DNA of 64,000 nt from an uncultured virus (IMG/VR IMGVR_UViG_3300032177_003246) (taxonomy: Duplodnaviria; Heunggongvirae; Uroviricota; Caudoviricetes). Positions within the stretch are counted from its first letter, which is position 1; the number at the start of each line of letters is the position of its first letter. The position numbers and the translations under genes were made by a program. Shown one piece after another: positions 34,123 through 43,804 of this stretch. Where the stretch lies: the IMG/VR virus record IMGVR_UViG_3300032177_003246, one strand, 5' to 3'. The notes under the pieces are model-generated. The model searched no databases and was not told where the DNA came from. It worked only from the letters and a program-made list of their open reading frames with translations.

Positions 34123-34842
34123 TCACGAGGGTTTCTCTCCGATCGAGAGAGACGTGTAGTGCTCGGCGTCGTACTGCGCCTCGAAGCACCGGCGGTGAAA
34201 ATCGACCTGACCGTCGTGGCTGGTAACAGTACCTCCCTCTTCGACCGCCAGCATCGGGACTACCCTGGCACGGCGACCGTCTTTGGTGATGGTCCAATCC
34301 GAGGCGAAAGGAGCAGGTCGGCGCTCAAGCGCGTGGCTTAGTTCGTGGCTTTCGAGGATCTGTCGAGCGCGCGACCGCGACAGCATGTACATCTGCGCGC
34401 CCCACAGGTCGTCCGGGTAGTCGTGGAAAGCGAAGGAAGCCTCCGGCGGATTCTGGCGGTACGGCCACAGGTAGCCGAGGAGCATGACGTCCAACGACAT
34501 CCGATCGAAGGCCTCTACGATCCGCGGCAGATCGTTGGCCAGGGTGAGGCGCAGGTGAACGTCGTCCTCGCAGAAGACGGCGTGGGTAGCGATACTCTCT
34601 TCGACGAAGGTGCGGATCATGCGGAGGTGGCTCTGCATGATCGCTGTCGCCCAGAAATGGAAGTCAGCTGGAACGGCGATACCGCGATCTTTAGCCTGCG
34701 CGGAGATCTCGGTCTTCACCTGGTCGGCAGACGTCGGCTCGACGAAGATGCACGGCACATCCACCGCCGAGAAGCGCTCCTGCATGCGGCTGCGGCGCGG
34801 GGAGCCGGCGAACGACAGGCAGTATACGGGCAGCGCGCTCAC
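34123..34842 (-). CDS. Glycosyltransferase family 25-like
   Basis: VYCLS...RRSRM..RF, SHLRMI, VFCEDDV, WGAQMYMLS. Confidence 0.75.
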   Translation of the reverse strand: MSALPVYCLSFAGSPRRSRMQERFSAVDVPCIFVEPTSADQVKTEISAQAKDRGIAVPADFHFWATAIMQSHLRMIRTFVEESIATHAVFCEDDVHLRLTLANDLPRIVEAFDRMSLDVMLLGYLWPYRQNPPEASFAFHDYPDDLWGAQMYMLSRSRARQILESHELSHALERRPAPFASDWTITKDGRRARVVPMLAVEEGGTVTSHDGQVDFHRRCFEAQYDAEHYTSLSIGEKPS

Positions 34843-36893
34843 AGGACGAAGTCTTCGCTCATGGAGGCCAGCACTTTCTTGAGGTCGAAAACAGCTAGGT
34901 TCGCGGAGCAGTCGTCCACGGAGAACGACGCGACGAGCTGGTCGTCAAGACGCGCCAGTCCGCAACAGAACTCGATCCCGAGCTTCGCGAAGTAGAACGG
35001 ATCGGTCATCGAGATCACCTGCTCGGCACGATCGTCGAACAGGGCGAACCGGTGGAGGTAAAACCTCGTCCGCCCGCCGGGGAACGCGACGTCGTGGACA
35101 ACGGCGATCCATCGGCCGTCGGCGAGCTGTACCAGCTGGGAACCCCCGCGGAGTCTGCCATGATCGAGAGTCGGAGGAGCCTGGCCGGGGGCGATGCGTG
35201 TGGTGCGGTCCTCGTCGTTGATCGTAGCGTAGATCCATTCTTCGCGGTCGCCCCGCTCGAACGGCATCCAGTTCTTCTGGCAACGGTCGCTCCAGCTGCC
35301 TCGGATCGGCCGCGCGGCGACGATCTCGTAGGCGGGCGACAGCTCCATTGCCACGATCTCGCGCGGGCCCTCGTGGGGCTTGTCGAGGTCGAAATCGCAC
35401 ACCGTCGCCGAGCACATGAGGCGATCGGCGACCCGGTAGAGCCGGCAGTCCTCGAAACCGTGGACCGGATAAGACGAGCGCGGGATGCCGGTGAGGTCTA
35501 CCATCTCGACGGCCTTCGTCGTCTCAAGGTCCCTCGTCAACTCGACCATCCAGTTGCGCGTGTAGATGATGTTGTTGTCTGGCGTGAGGTAGTGTCCGTC
35601 TACGATCTTGTAGTTCGTCGTACGGACGACGCACCGCAGCTTCTGGTCGGAGACGTCGTAGTGAATCGACGGGTTCGACGCGTTCCATCCAGCCGGAGCA
35701 GCGAAATCGATCGGACGCGTCGAGGCGCCGAACGCGCGCTTGGCGTCGCGCGTGTAGAACGCCCAGTTGGAACGAAAGTTGTTGTTTCCAGGATCGCGGC
35801 GGACGCAGTCCTTGCTGTGGTCTGCACCGGCCTTCTTGGCGTAGCCGTCCTTGAGGTAATAACCGTGGATGCTCGCGATGCGGGCGCAGTCGTCCTGCGC
35901 GTTGTGGTCTACCCAGAGCGTGGAGCTAGAGTACGGCATCTCCGCGCCGCGGTCGGCGAATATGAAGGCGAGCGCGTGGTCATCCTTGGCGTGGTAGTGC
36001 TGCGCGAGCTTGAGCAGCGGCTCGGAGCGCTCCGGTACGAGGGAATGCGCCTTGAGCAGCCAGCGATCCGCTGCGGCGTCGTCTCCCGTGGCGCGGTAAA
36101 GTGCTGCGAGCCGTAGGTGAGCCTCGAACGTCTCGTCGATCCAGCCGCCCACTGCGATCCGCCTGGTGTACAACTCGATCGCCCGCGGCTTGTCGCTCAA
36201 ACACTCGAACGTTTGCGCCAGGTAGAACAACGCACGCGGGTTCCTCGGGTTTGCTTGCAGGTCTTCCTCAAGCAGACGCGCGTCGCGATCCCACCGCTTC
36301 TTGCTTGCTTCCCTGCTCTGAGGCGGAGGATCTTGGCGTACCTCGACCCCTGCGATCTTCTGCTGGATAATGCGATCTACGTTCTCGTGAACCCGTCCGA
36401 CGTAGCGCAGCTTCCTGTTCGACCGCAGTACCAGCGGCAGGTAGTAGTCCAGGTGGCCGCGGCGGAGGTTCACCATGAAACCTTCGGGACCGGCCTCGCC
36501 GGTCGGCAGCTGGGCGCGGAGCTTCTCGCCGCCGACGAGGCGGTCGTCGGCGTCCGGCATGATGGTCCAGCGCGTCTTCTCGCCGTGGTGCGCGAGCGCG
36601 TGGTTGCGCGTCGTCGAGAAGTCGACGAACGGACCTTCAATGAGTTCGCCGGGAACATCGGCTAGCGTCGCGCGGACGAGTTCGCGGGTGTTGTCCGTCG
36701 AGCCCGTGTCCATGATCGTCCAGTAGTCGATGTACGGGGCGAAGGACTCCAGGGTCTGTACGATCCCGTGCGACTCGTCCTTGATGATCATGCAGAGTCC
36801 CAGCAGCGGCGGCTCCCCTGCACGCGCCGCGGGGTTCGCGATCGGATTGGTGTGAACCTCCGGGCCTGCGATATCATGATGCTGATCAGTCAT
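34839..36893 (-). CDS. GT2 glycosyltransferase + TPR + C-terminal beta-propeller (GH130-like) fusion
   Basis: LCMIIKDE...DTGSTD...DADD...YVGRVHE; FYLAQT TPRs; NPSI, GFEDCRL, QKNWMPF, RGGS, IEFCCGL. Confidence 0.85.
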   Translation of the reverse strand: MTDQHHDIAGPEVHTNPIANPAARAGEPPLLGLCMIIKDESHGIVQTLESFAPYIDYWTIMDTGSTDNTRELVRATLADVPGELIEGPFVDFSTTRNHALAHHGEKTRWTIMPDADDRLVGGEKLRAQLPTGEAGPEGFMVNLRRGHLDYYLPLVLRSNRKLRYVGRVHENVDRIIQQKIAGVEVRQDPPPQSREASKKRWDRDARLLEEDLQANPRNPRALFYLAQTFECLSDKPRAIELYTRRIAVGGWIDETFEAHLRLAALYRATGDDAAADRWLLKAHSLVPERSEPLLKLAQHYHAKDDHALAFIFADRGAEMPYSSSTLWVDHNAQDDCARIASIHGYYLKDGYAKKAGADHSKDCVRRDPGNNNFRSNWAFYTRDAKRAFGASTRPIDFAAPAGWNASNPSIHYDVSDQKLRCVVRTTNYKIVDGHYLTPDNNIIYTRNWMVELTRDLETTKAVEMVDLTGIPRSSYPVHGFEDCRLYRVADRLMCSATVCDFDLDKPHEGPREIVAMELSPAYEIVAARPIRGSWSDRCQKNWMPFERGDREEWIYATINDEDRTTRIAPGQAPPTLDHGRLRGGSQLVQLADGRWIAVVHDVAFPGGRTRFYLHRFALFDDRAEQVISMTDPFYFAKLGIEFCCGLARLDDQLVASFSVDDCSANLAVFDLKKVLASMSEDFVL

Positions 36894-37603
36894 GCGGTTG
36901 CGTCCGTGTAGTTCGTAAACTGCGTCTGGTTGTGCGTGGCGCGGTACCAGCGCATCGGTAGCATCTTCCGGCGCTCGACTTCCGCCCAGTCGTTGATTTC
37001 CCACGTGAGCTGTCCGCAGACGGACAGCCGTTCGAGCGTCACCTGGCGCACCGCCTCATGGAACGGACGCACCAGGCCGCGCGGTACCACGAGGCTACAG
37101 CCGCAGAAGCGCCAGTTTGGAAACCGCCAGTCAACTTCATTGGCTCCCTCCGCCCGTTCCCAGCCGCCCGGCAGGACGATCTCGGACGATCGCCTGACGC
37201 GTAGAAGAAATTCATCGATGACGGCAGCGGTGACCCCCGATTGGTGGGAGATGCCGTAGTCGATCCAGACGAAGACGTCGGCGGCGTCCGTATCGAGTGC
37301 CTGGAGCAACCATGCCGTCTTCTGGTGCTGCACCACGTGGTACGCGACTGAATTTTTCGCCGGGTTGTCGGCGACGGCGTGCTGGACCTTCCTGTCAGTC
37401 ACATGCTCCCAAAGCCAGCAGTCTTCCAGCTTGCAGCGAAATACTCGCAGCGGAGCCCCCCGGATCTGGCGCAGCTGCTCTCCGAGCCGCTCGTACTCGG
37501 CCTCGGCGCGCGGGTGCCCGGGGATCGGCACATAGCCAGTCACGATGGTGATCTTGAGAGGACGCGGACCGTCTGCGTCGTGAGGTTCTGGCTCGGGCGG
37601 CAC
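36890..37603 (-). CDS. HtrL/WlaTC-like glycosyltransferase
   Basis: TIVTGY...KTAWL...FVWIDYGI...WRFCG. Confidence 0.6.
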   Translation of the reverse strand: MPPEPEPHDADGPRPLKITIVTGYVPIPGHPRAEAEYERLGEQLRQIRGAPLRVFRCKLEDCWLWEHVTDRKVQHAVADNPAKNSVAYHVVQHQKTAWLLQALDTDAADVFVWIDYGISHQSGVTAAVIDEFLLRVRRSSEIVLPGGWERAEGANEVDWRFPNWRFCGCSLVVPRGLVRPFHEAVRQVTLERLSVCGQLTWEINDWAEVERRKMLPMRWYRATHNQTQFTNYTDATA

Positions 37604-37826
37604 TGGGTCGTTCTCTCACTACAAGACGCACCATCACGACGAGCAGAACCGACTGTCCGACCGTGACGGCGTGCTTCGTCGTCTTCCGAAGTTCAGGATG
37701 ACGCGAAATCTACGACGCTCATAGAGGCGGTGAGCTGAAAAAGAGACGCGTGAAGATCTCTGCGAATCTTTGCCGGCCGTGATCGCGGTATAAACGGCTA
37801 TCTTCACGGTTTCCAGCGCTGATCAT

Positions 37827-38660
37827 ATGCCCACGTCAGATCCCGCGCCAGATAGTACCGTCCTCGTTACGCTGTCGGACGAGGCGTACTTGCAGCGCGC
37901 GATGCGGACGATCCGCGACGTACGCGGGCCGGGGCGCTACTGGGGTCCACTGGTCTACGTCGCCGTCGACTTCGATCCGCCGAGCAACTTCTGCGACCTC
38001 TACGAGGTCGAGATCTGGCGCCGGAGGCGGATCGACACGTCTGTCCTCGACGAGAAGATCCGGGAGCGGCCGTTCACCGGAGGCGACGGGAGAGAGCGCA
38101 CCAAGACCGCGCAGTGGTCGAAGATCCACGGGTTCGATCCCGAGTTCGCGCGCCGCTGGCAACGCGTCGTTTTCCTGGACGCCGGTCTCCGTGTCTTCCA
38201 TGACCTGGCGCCGGTTTTCGAGCACCCGTGGAAAGGTTCGATCGTCGCCCATTCCGAAGATCCGAAGCGCTTCGGGAGCCAGCTTGAGGCACGAGCGAAC
38301 CCAGAGGCGCTCGGGCAGCTCGTCGAACTCGTCAGAGCTGCGGGACACGTGAAGGGCGACCTCCTCGACGAAGCTTTCTTCCTCAACTGCTTCTGGATCT
38401 ACGACACGGCGCTCAACGGAGGTGTCCACCAGGGTCTCCGCGAGCTGATGGAGAGCTTCCCAATCTTCCGCACGAACGAGATGGGAGCGATGAACGTGTA
38501 CTTCCAAATGCTGCGGCACCTCTGGCGCCCCCTGCAAATCAACAGGCTGCGCAGCGACGGCAGACCTCAGCTCTTCGATTGGTCGGAGACGGGCACGCGC
38601 ACCTGGCGCGACTACGTGATGTTGAAGTACCCGACCACCATCAACTTCGAGGATACCTAG
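37827..38660 (+). CDS. GT-A fold glycosyltransferase (GT8-like)
   Basis: QWSKIH.F...WQRVVFLDAG...NEMGAMN. Confidence 0.65.
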   Translation: MPTSDPAPDSTVLVTLSDEAYLQRAMRTIRDVRGPGRYWGPLVYVAVDFDPPSNFCDLYEVEIWRRRRIDTSVLDEKIRERPFTGGDGRERTKTAQWSKIHGFDPEFARRWQRVVFLDAGLRVFHDLAPVFEHPWKGSIVAHSEDPKRFGSQLEARANPEALGQLVELVRAAGHVKGDLLDEAFFLNCFWIYDTALNGGVHQGLRELMESFPIFRTNEMGAMNVYFQMLRHLWRPLQINRLRSDGRPQLFDWSETGTRTWRDYVMLKYPTTINFEDT

Positions 38661-38663
38661 GGA

Positions 38664-39353
38664 ATGAAACTCGTCGAGAGAACTCAACCGAAGCGTCTGC
38701 GTGCTAGCGTCGTCATCCCCTGTGCACACAAGCACAGCGTGAGGCTCGCCGAGCTGCTCGAACACCTCGGCAGGCAGACCAGGAAAGCCGACGAGATCAT
38801 CGTCGCGCTGTCTGGATGCGATGCTCCGCCGCTGCCGAACCACGTCCGCCTCCTGCACAGCGCCGAGCCGTGCACCGCAGGAAAGAATCGGAACAGGGCT
38901 TCCGAGGTGGCCACCGGCGACGTTCTCATCTACCAGGACGCCGACGACCTTCCCCATCCACAGCGTGTCGAGATCGTCCTCGCGCTCTTCGAGCGCTACG
39001 AAATCGATCACCTGATGCACGGCTACATCTACACGATGGGACACACCTGGTCGATCGGACACCCGGGCGAGCCGAGCGCCCACCGTCCCCTGCCAATCGA
39101 GATGCCGCCTCTCTCGATCGAAGAAGCCACGGAGAAAAGCTGCTACAGATCGGAGCCTCTCCACACGACGATCGTCACGAGCGGCGAGGTGTGCATCATG
39201 CGATCCACCTGGGAAAAAGTTTGCTGGCCGGAGCGCAGGATGACCGGAGAGGACTATGAGTTCAACCAAGCCATCTTCAGGACGTTCAAGCGAACGGTCA
39301 CGACCGAGGTGCCGCTGATCGTCTATCGGCATCACTACTCCGCAGGAATCTAG
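38664..39353 (+). CDS. Glycosyltransferase family 2
   Basis: SVVIPC, NRNRA, YQDADD, GEDYEF. Confidence 0.85.
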   Translation: MKLVERTQPKRLRASVVIPCAHKHSVRLAELLEHLGRQTRKADEIIVALSGCDAPPLPNHVRLLHSAEPCTAGKNRNRASEVATGDVLIYQDADDLPHPQRVEIVLALFERYEIDHLMHGYIYTMGHTWSIGHPGEPSAHRPLPIEMPPLSIEEATEKSCYRSEPLHTTIVTSGEVCIMRSTWEKVCWPERRMTGEDYEFNQAIFRTFKRTVTTEVPLIVYRHHYSAGI

Positions 39354-39357
39354 TCCC

Positions 39358-39999
39358 GTGAGCAGGATCGACCTCTCTTCCTCGAACACGTTCTGCATCT
39401 CCATGGACTGTGCGCAGGACAGGTGGAGCAGGATGACGAAGCGCTTCGACCGCTTCGACCTGCGCGTGGGTCGTTGGAGAGCGCGAACACCGAACAACCT
39501 GACGGACCGGTTCGCCGATTATATGGGAGGCGGCGCGAGGGCGTGCGCGCAGACCCACGTTGACATCTGGCGCCACATCGTTGCCACAGGTCTGCCGTAC
39601 GCGCTCATCCTGGAGGACGACGCCAGGTTCGACGTCGACTGGCGCGCGAAGCTAGACAGCTTCACTGCCACGGACTGGCTAGCGATCTTCCTCAACGCGA
39701 GCGAGAGCATCGAACCGTCACACCGTTGGGTCCGAGTCAGCGAGCAGTACCTGACCGCAGGCTACGTGCTGTCAGCGGCGGGGGCCAAGGCCCTCCTCGA
39801 CATGTTCAAGGATTGCTTCTACACGAGCGACTGGATGACCTCGCGTCTTCAGCTCAGCGGGCCATGCTACTCGTATTTCCCGTGGCTCATCGTGCAAGAG
39901 CATGAAGACTCGGCCATCAGCATGAACTTCACGAAGGACCGCCAGAAGATGGAGAGCTTGCTTGAACGAGCAGGCTACGCGTTGGGCAACTACGTGTGA
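39358..39999 (+). CDS. Glycosyltransferase family 25
   Basis: FCISM...DRW, ACAQTH..IW, LILEDDA, TAGYVLS. Confidence 0.85.
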   Translation: MSRIDLSSSNTFCISMDCAQDRWSRMTKRFDRFDLRVGRWRARTPNNLTDRFADYMGGGARACAQTHVDIWRHIVATGLPYALILEDDARFDVDWRAKLDSFTATDWLAIFLNASESIEPSHRWVRVSEQYLTAGYVLSAAGAKALLDMFKDCFYTSDWMTSRLQLSGPCYSYFPWLIVQEHEDSAISMNFTKDRQKMESLLERAGYALGNYV

Positions 40000-40054
40000 A
40001 CGTCATGGGGTGTGAGCGCCGTCGATGCACCGCGACCTCAGGTGTGAACGTGGA

Positions 40055-40128
40055 GAGACGGGTTGAAAAATACCCAGGTACGATCGTCACGTAGTTAACG
40101 ACCGAGCGCGGTTTGGCCTGGAAAAAGC
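40055..40128 (+). promoter_or_regulatory. Palindromic box plus weak sigma54-like element
   Basis: GAGACGGGTTgaaaaaTACCCAGG (40055-40078); TTGG-CCTGGAAAAA-GCA with GG at 40115. Confidence 0.55.
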
Positions 40129-40154
40129 ACGGCTCTCGTCGCAAGGATCTACTT

Positions 40155-41258
40155 GTGACTTCAAATGTACTGCTGCTGGCGTTGCTCACGGCATGCGCCT
40201 ACGACGCGCGCTACGAAGACTGCGCCATCCACTGCTCTGTCGATAGCGGATGCCCAGATGACTTCGTTTGCGGAGCAGAGAGACTGTGCCGTACGCCCGG
40301 GACCACGGATACCTGCGCCATGGTCCTCTCGACGTTTCCGAGCTGCTCGCAACTCGCGATGCGCTGCGGGGCCGACGGAACCGACGACTGCTGCTCGACG
40401 GCTGAACCGATCCCGGGCGGATCCTACTACCGCAGCTACGACATCGCGGCCGACGGCTCATATCCGAGTATGAGCTATCCAGCGACTGTGAGTCCGTTCA
40501 TCCTCGACAAGTACGAGGTGACGGTAGGAAGGTTCCGCAAGTTCGTCGAGGCGGGCATGGGCACGCGGGCGAATCCCCCAGCCGCTGGAACTGGAGCACG
40601 CTTCCTCAACGGAGCGCCAGCTCAGGGGGGGTGGGACGCGAACTGGAACACGAGCCTGCCCGTGGACAGCGCGGCGCTGGTAGCGGCGGTGAAGTGCGAC
40701 GCGAGCTTCCAGTCGTGGACCGACGTGCCGACCGAAACCGAGCAGCTACCGATCAACTGTGTCACTTGGTACGAGGCGTTCGCGTTCTGCGCGTGGGACG
40801 GAGGTTTTTTACCGACGGAGGCGCAGTGGAATTTCGCCGCGGCCGGAGGTGCGGAACAGCGCGCGTATCCATGGTCCATGCCCGCAGGATCAACGGCGAT
40901 CGATTGCTCGTACGCGAACTACTACATCGATGTGCCGCCCGGGGCACACTGCGTGGGCGAATCGACAGGCTTCTTGAATTCTGTGGGAGCTGAATCGCCG
41001 AAAGGTGATGGGCGCTGGAAGCAAACTGATCTAGCCGGCAATGTCTGGGAATGGACATTGGACATGTACGTAACGCCGTATAGCAGCTCTTCGTGCAACG
41101 ACTGCGCTAAACTCGACAGCTCTTCTGATCGAACATTCCGAGGAGGAGGTTTCCTTTTCAACGGCGCTTCGGACCTCCGTACAGGTTCTCGTTTCGGCGG
41201 CTCGCCTAACAGTCGCGCTGTCGATGTAGGCTTTCGCTGTAGCCGTCCGTTCTTGTAA
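40155..41258 (+). CDS. FGE/SUMF1 (C-type lectin fold) domain lipoprotein
   Basis: Lipobox LLTAC, Cys-rich linker, LDKYEVTVGRF, PINCVTW, LPTEAQW, DLAGNVWEW, RGG, GFRC. Confidence 0.9.
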   Translation: MTSNVLLLALLTACAYDARYEDCAIHCSVDSGCPDDFVCGAERLCRTPGTTDTCAMVLSTFPSCSQLAMRCGADGTDDCCSTAEPIPGGSYYRSYDIAADGSYPSMSYPATVSPFILDKYEVTVGRFRKFVEAGMGTRANPPAAGTGARFLNGAPAQGGWDANWNTSLPVDSAALVAAVKCDASFQSWTDVPTETEQLPINCVTWYEAFAFCAWDGGFLPTEAQWNFAAAGGAEQRAYPWSMPAGSTAIDCSYANYYIDVPPGAHCVGESTGFLNSVGAESPKGDGRWKQTDLAGNVWEWTLDMYVTPYSSSSCNDCAKLDSSSDRTFRGGGFLFNGASDLRTGSRFGGSPNSRAVDVGFRCSRPFL

Positions 41259-41262
41259 ACGG

Positions 41263-43071
41263 CTAATGCTGAAGCTGCACGACATCTTTGTCGTCGATGA
41301 ATTCACCACGCGGCAGGGACCATCGAAACACGAGGCGGCCAACTGAGAATGGGGGTTTCGTGAGATCGACAGCGCGCCAGCCCCCCGTCTCGATGTTCGT
41401 GTTGACCGAAGGTCCGTAGTTGCAGTTCGTGGCCAGCGCCATCTTCGACGTGCTCGCGAAGAAGCGATCTAGCCAGTCTTTTACCTCTTCGGTCGACCAG
41501 TGTTGCAAAACGTCCTTGATGATAACGAGGTCGAATCCGTCGAGCGGGAACTCACGCGCGTCCCCCTGCTGGAACTTCAGGCCTGTGTGGTTCTTCGCGT
41601 TACGCGCCACGCGCTCCGCGATCACATCGACACCGAGGTACTTTGCGCGTCCCAGATCCACGTGGCTCATGACCTCCATGTCGCCGCAACCGAGGTCGAG
41701 GATCGTTTTGATCTTGTGCTCCTTGATGAAACTTTCGAGGAACCTTCTGTACGGCCTGGTGACTGTGCGCGTCGAGCCGGGTCCGCTGCATTCTGCGTAC
41801 TGAGAGGTGAAGATCGCCTGGTGGTTCAGCTTCGATTTCGAAGAGAACTCATTGGAGGCGTACTCGTAGAGGTAGAGCACCTGACCTTCTGATCCCGCTC
41901 GCGCGAAAGACTTGATCAAAGGAGCTATCTGCCTGATCCATGCAAGATCTTCGCCGATCGTTACGTCAGGGTACGGCACCTTCTGCGCTAGATCGCGACG
42001 GATTGGGCATAGATGTCCAATTTGCCTCCATAAAACGTCGTCGATGATAGTACCCTCAGTACCGCCCTTACCGTAGTCGAAGACCCAGACCTCACCGTTA
42101 GGTGATCGTCGACGACCTCGTATCAAGATCGCATCAACACCAGGATTCTGCTCGATCGCTGCCAAAATCGCCGAGATATACTCTGGTGTCACAAGGTCGT
42201 CGTCGTCTACGTGAACTACGTAGCCTCCTTGCGCGCGCGCCACGAGCTGGTTCCGCTTAGCGCCGGTGGTGTGTTGACGATCGTCGACCTCCACAAGAAT
42301 TTCCACCTCGGAGCTACGTGGCTGCTCGCGCAGCTGCTTGAGGAGACGCTCCAGCATATTTTTGCGATTTGCCAGGGATGGAATACAGATGCTCAGCTTC
42401 ATAGTTGTAGTCGTCACAGGACCTCGGAAGGAAATTGTGGCTGCTTTGCGGTTAAGTTCAACGAAATCGGACCGCGTGTGAAGGCCTTGCTGGTCTGCCG
42501 CCGCGGAGGTGTTGAGCTTGTCGCCGATTCTTCGACGTCCAATTCCGCGTCGAGACAGGTAGCCAGAAATCCAGACATCGTCGACGTACCGGCACGCATC
42601 AGGCACCTGCCAGAGATCTTGACCAAAGAAGCTTCTTCGGTATGCGACTCCAGCAAAACCTTCGAGCACGTCGCAAGGCCCAAGACCGGACCATTCGTAG
42701 TTGCCGTGCTCGGGATCGCGTAGGAAGTGCCCCACATCCCAACCCGAAAATCCGACCGCTTCGTGCGGGTAACGTATTGCGGCATCAACGAGTGTGCTCA
42801 ACCAGTTCGAGAAGTAGATCTGATCGTCGTCGGCGGTAACTACGATCGCATCAGGAGGAAGTCCTTCGTCCTTAACCGCAGACAGTTTGGTGATCGGTCC
42901 AAAGTCTGGCGTAGCAATGCAGCGCACCGAAGAAATCGGCTCGCAACCCGGCGTCAGATAGAGCCGTATCTCATGCGCCTTGTATGTCTGAGCTAAGAGA
43001 GATGCGATCGTATCGCCGAGCGTTCCATTTCGCCTCGGTATCGTCGTCATGCTGATGATGACCAGCGGCAT
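41263..43071 (-). CDS. Tandem GT-A glycosyltransferase domains + class I SAM methyltransferase fusion
   Basis: SMTTIPRR...DFGPITK...TADDD; LSICIPS...VDDDD...GED; SGPGS...LDLGCGD...KDVLQHW. Confidence 0.85.
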   Translation of the reverse strand: MPLVIISMTTIPRRNGTLGDTIASLLAQTYKAHEIRLYLTPGCEPISSVRCIATPDFGPITKLSAVKDEGLPPDAIVVTADDDQIYFSNWLSTLVDAAIRYPHEAVGFSGWDVGHFLRDPEHGNYEWSGLGPCDVLEGFAGVAYRRSFFGQDLWQVPDACRYVDDVWISGYLSRRGIGRRRIGDKLNTSAAADQQGLHTRSDFVELNRKAATISFRGPVTTTTMKLSICIPSLANRKNMLERLLKQLREQPRSSEVEILVEVDDRQHTTGAKRNQLVARAQGGYVVHVDDDDLVTPEYISAILAAIEQNPGVDAILIRGRRRSPNGEVWVFDYGKGGTEGTIIDDVLWRQIGHLCPIRRDLAQKVPYPDVTIGEDLAWIRQIAPLIKSFARAGSEGQVLYLYEYASNEFSSKSKLNHQAIFTSQYAECSGPGSTRTVTRPYRRFLESFIKEHKIKTILDLGCGDMEVMSHVDLGRAKYLGVDVIAERVARNAKNHTGLKFQQGDAREFPLDGFDLVIIKDVLQHWSTEEVKDWLDRFFASTSKMALATNCNYGPSVNTNIETGGWRAVDLTKPPFSVGRLVFRWSLPRGEFIDDKDVVQLQH

Positions 43072-43736
43072 TATCGGTCAACCGCCAGTACGCCAGTACG
43101 ATAGTCATTCCACCCATGACGCTCGTGAAGCCGGTGCGCGAGCTTGTTCTCGACGACATACGGCAAGACGACGTCACCCTTCCTCGCCAGCTGCGCCTCG
43201 CCAGTGAGATGGTGCGCCATGCGTACGTCATCCATCAATATGAGACCGCCGGCAGCCACAAGCTCGCTAGCGACGAGAAACTCGTGATAGATCAGCGTTC
43301 CGTCGTTGTCGCTGTCCAAGAATGCGATGTCGATCGAGAGATCATGCGCCCGGCACAGGCTCGCCAGCGCCGCGAGCGAATGCCGCTGGAGCAGCTCGCA
43401 GCAGTCTCGCAACCCGCGTTGACGCAGCATGCGATCAGCGCCCCCGGTTTCCAGGTCGATCGACCACAGTTTTCCACCTAGCTGCTTGACGCGCTCCGCG
43501 AAGAAAATTGTCGACCAGCCATCACCGATCCTGGATGGTTCGGTGTCGTTGCGCAACGTGCCGGTCTCCACGATGTTCAACGGCCGGTTGCCGAATCGCG
43601 CGAACTCAAGTTTCAGGATGTCATGCAGGTGCATCGGCGTTCTCCACAAGTCGGCCGTTAGCCGTGGTTGATTCGCACGCAGATCTCTCCCCATCGAAAG
43701 ATCTTCATGCGGCGATACTAGAACGAGTGCGCGCAT
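43071..43736 (-). CDS. Class I SAM-dependent methyltransferase
   Basis: IVETGT, WSIDL, IDIAFLDS, GGLILMDD. Confidence 0.8.
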   Translation of the reverse strand: MRALVLVSPHEDLSMGRDLRANQPRLTADLWRTPMHLHDILKLEFARFGNRPLNIVETGTLRNDTEPSRIGDGWSTIFFAERVKQLGGKLWSIDLETGGADRMLRQRGLRDCCELLQRHSLAALASLCRAHDLSIDIAFLDSDNDGTLIYHEFLVASELVAAGGLILMDDVRMAHHLTGEAQLARKGDVVLPYVVENKLAHRLHERHGWNDYRTGVLAVDR

Positions 43737-43804
43737 CGGAACACTACTTACGCACGAGGGAGATCTGCATCGCGTTCGCCATCAGCTCCCACGGCCCCCG
43801 ATGG

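Noticed and set aside
40155..41258. FGE/C-type-lectin gene as a diversity-generating retroelement target
   Set aside because: No reverse transcriptase and no template repeat matching its 3' end were seen in the window, and this family is common in myxobacteria. A trans-acting DGR elsewhere cannot be excluded.
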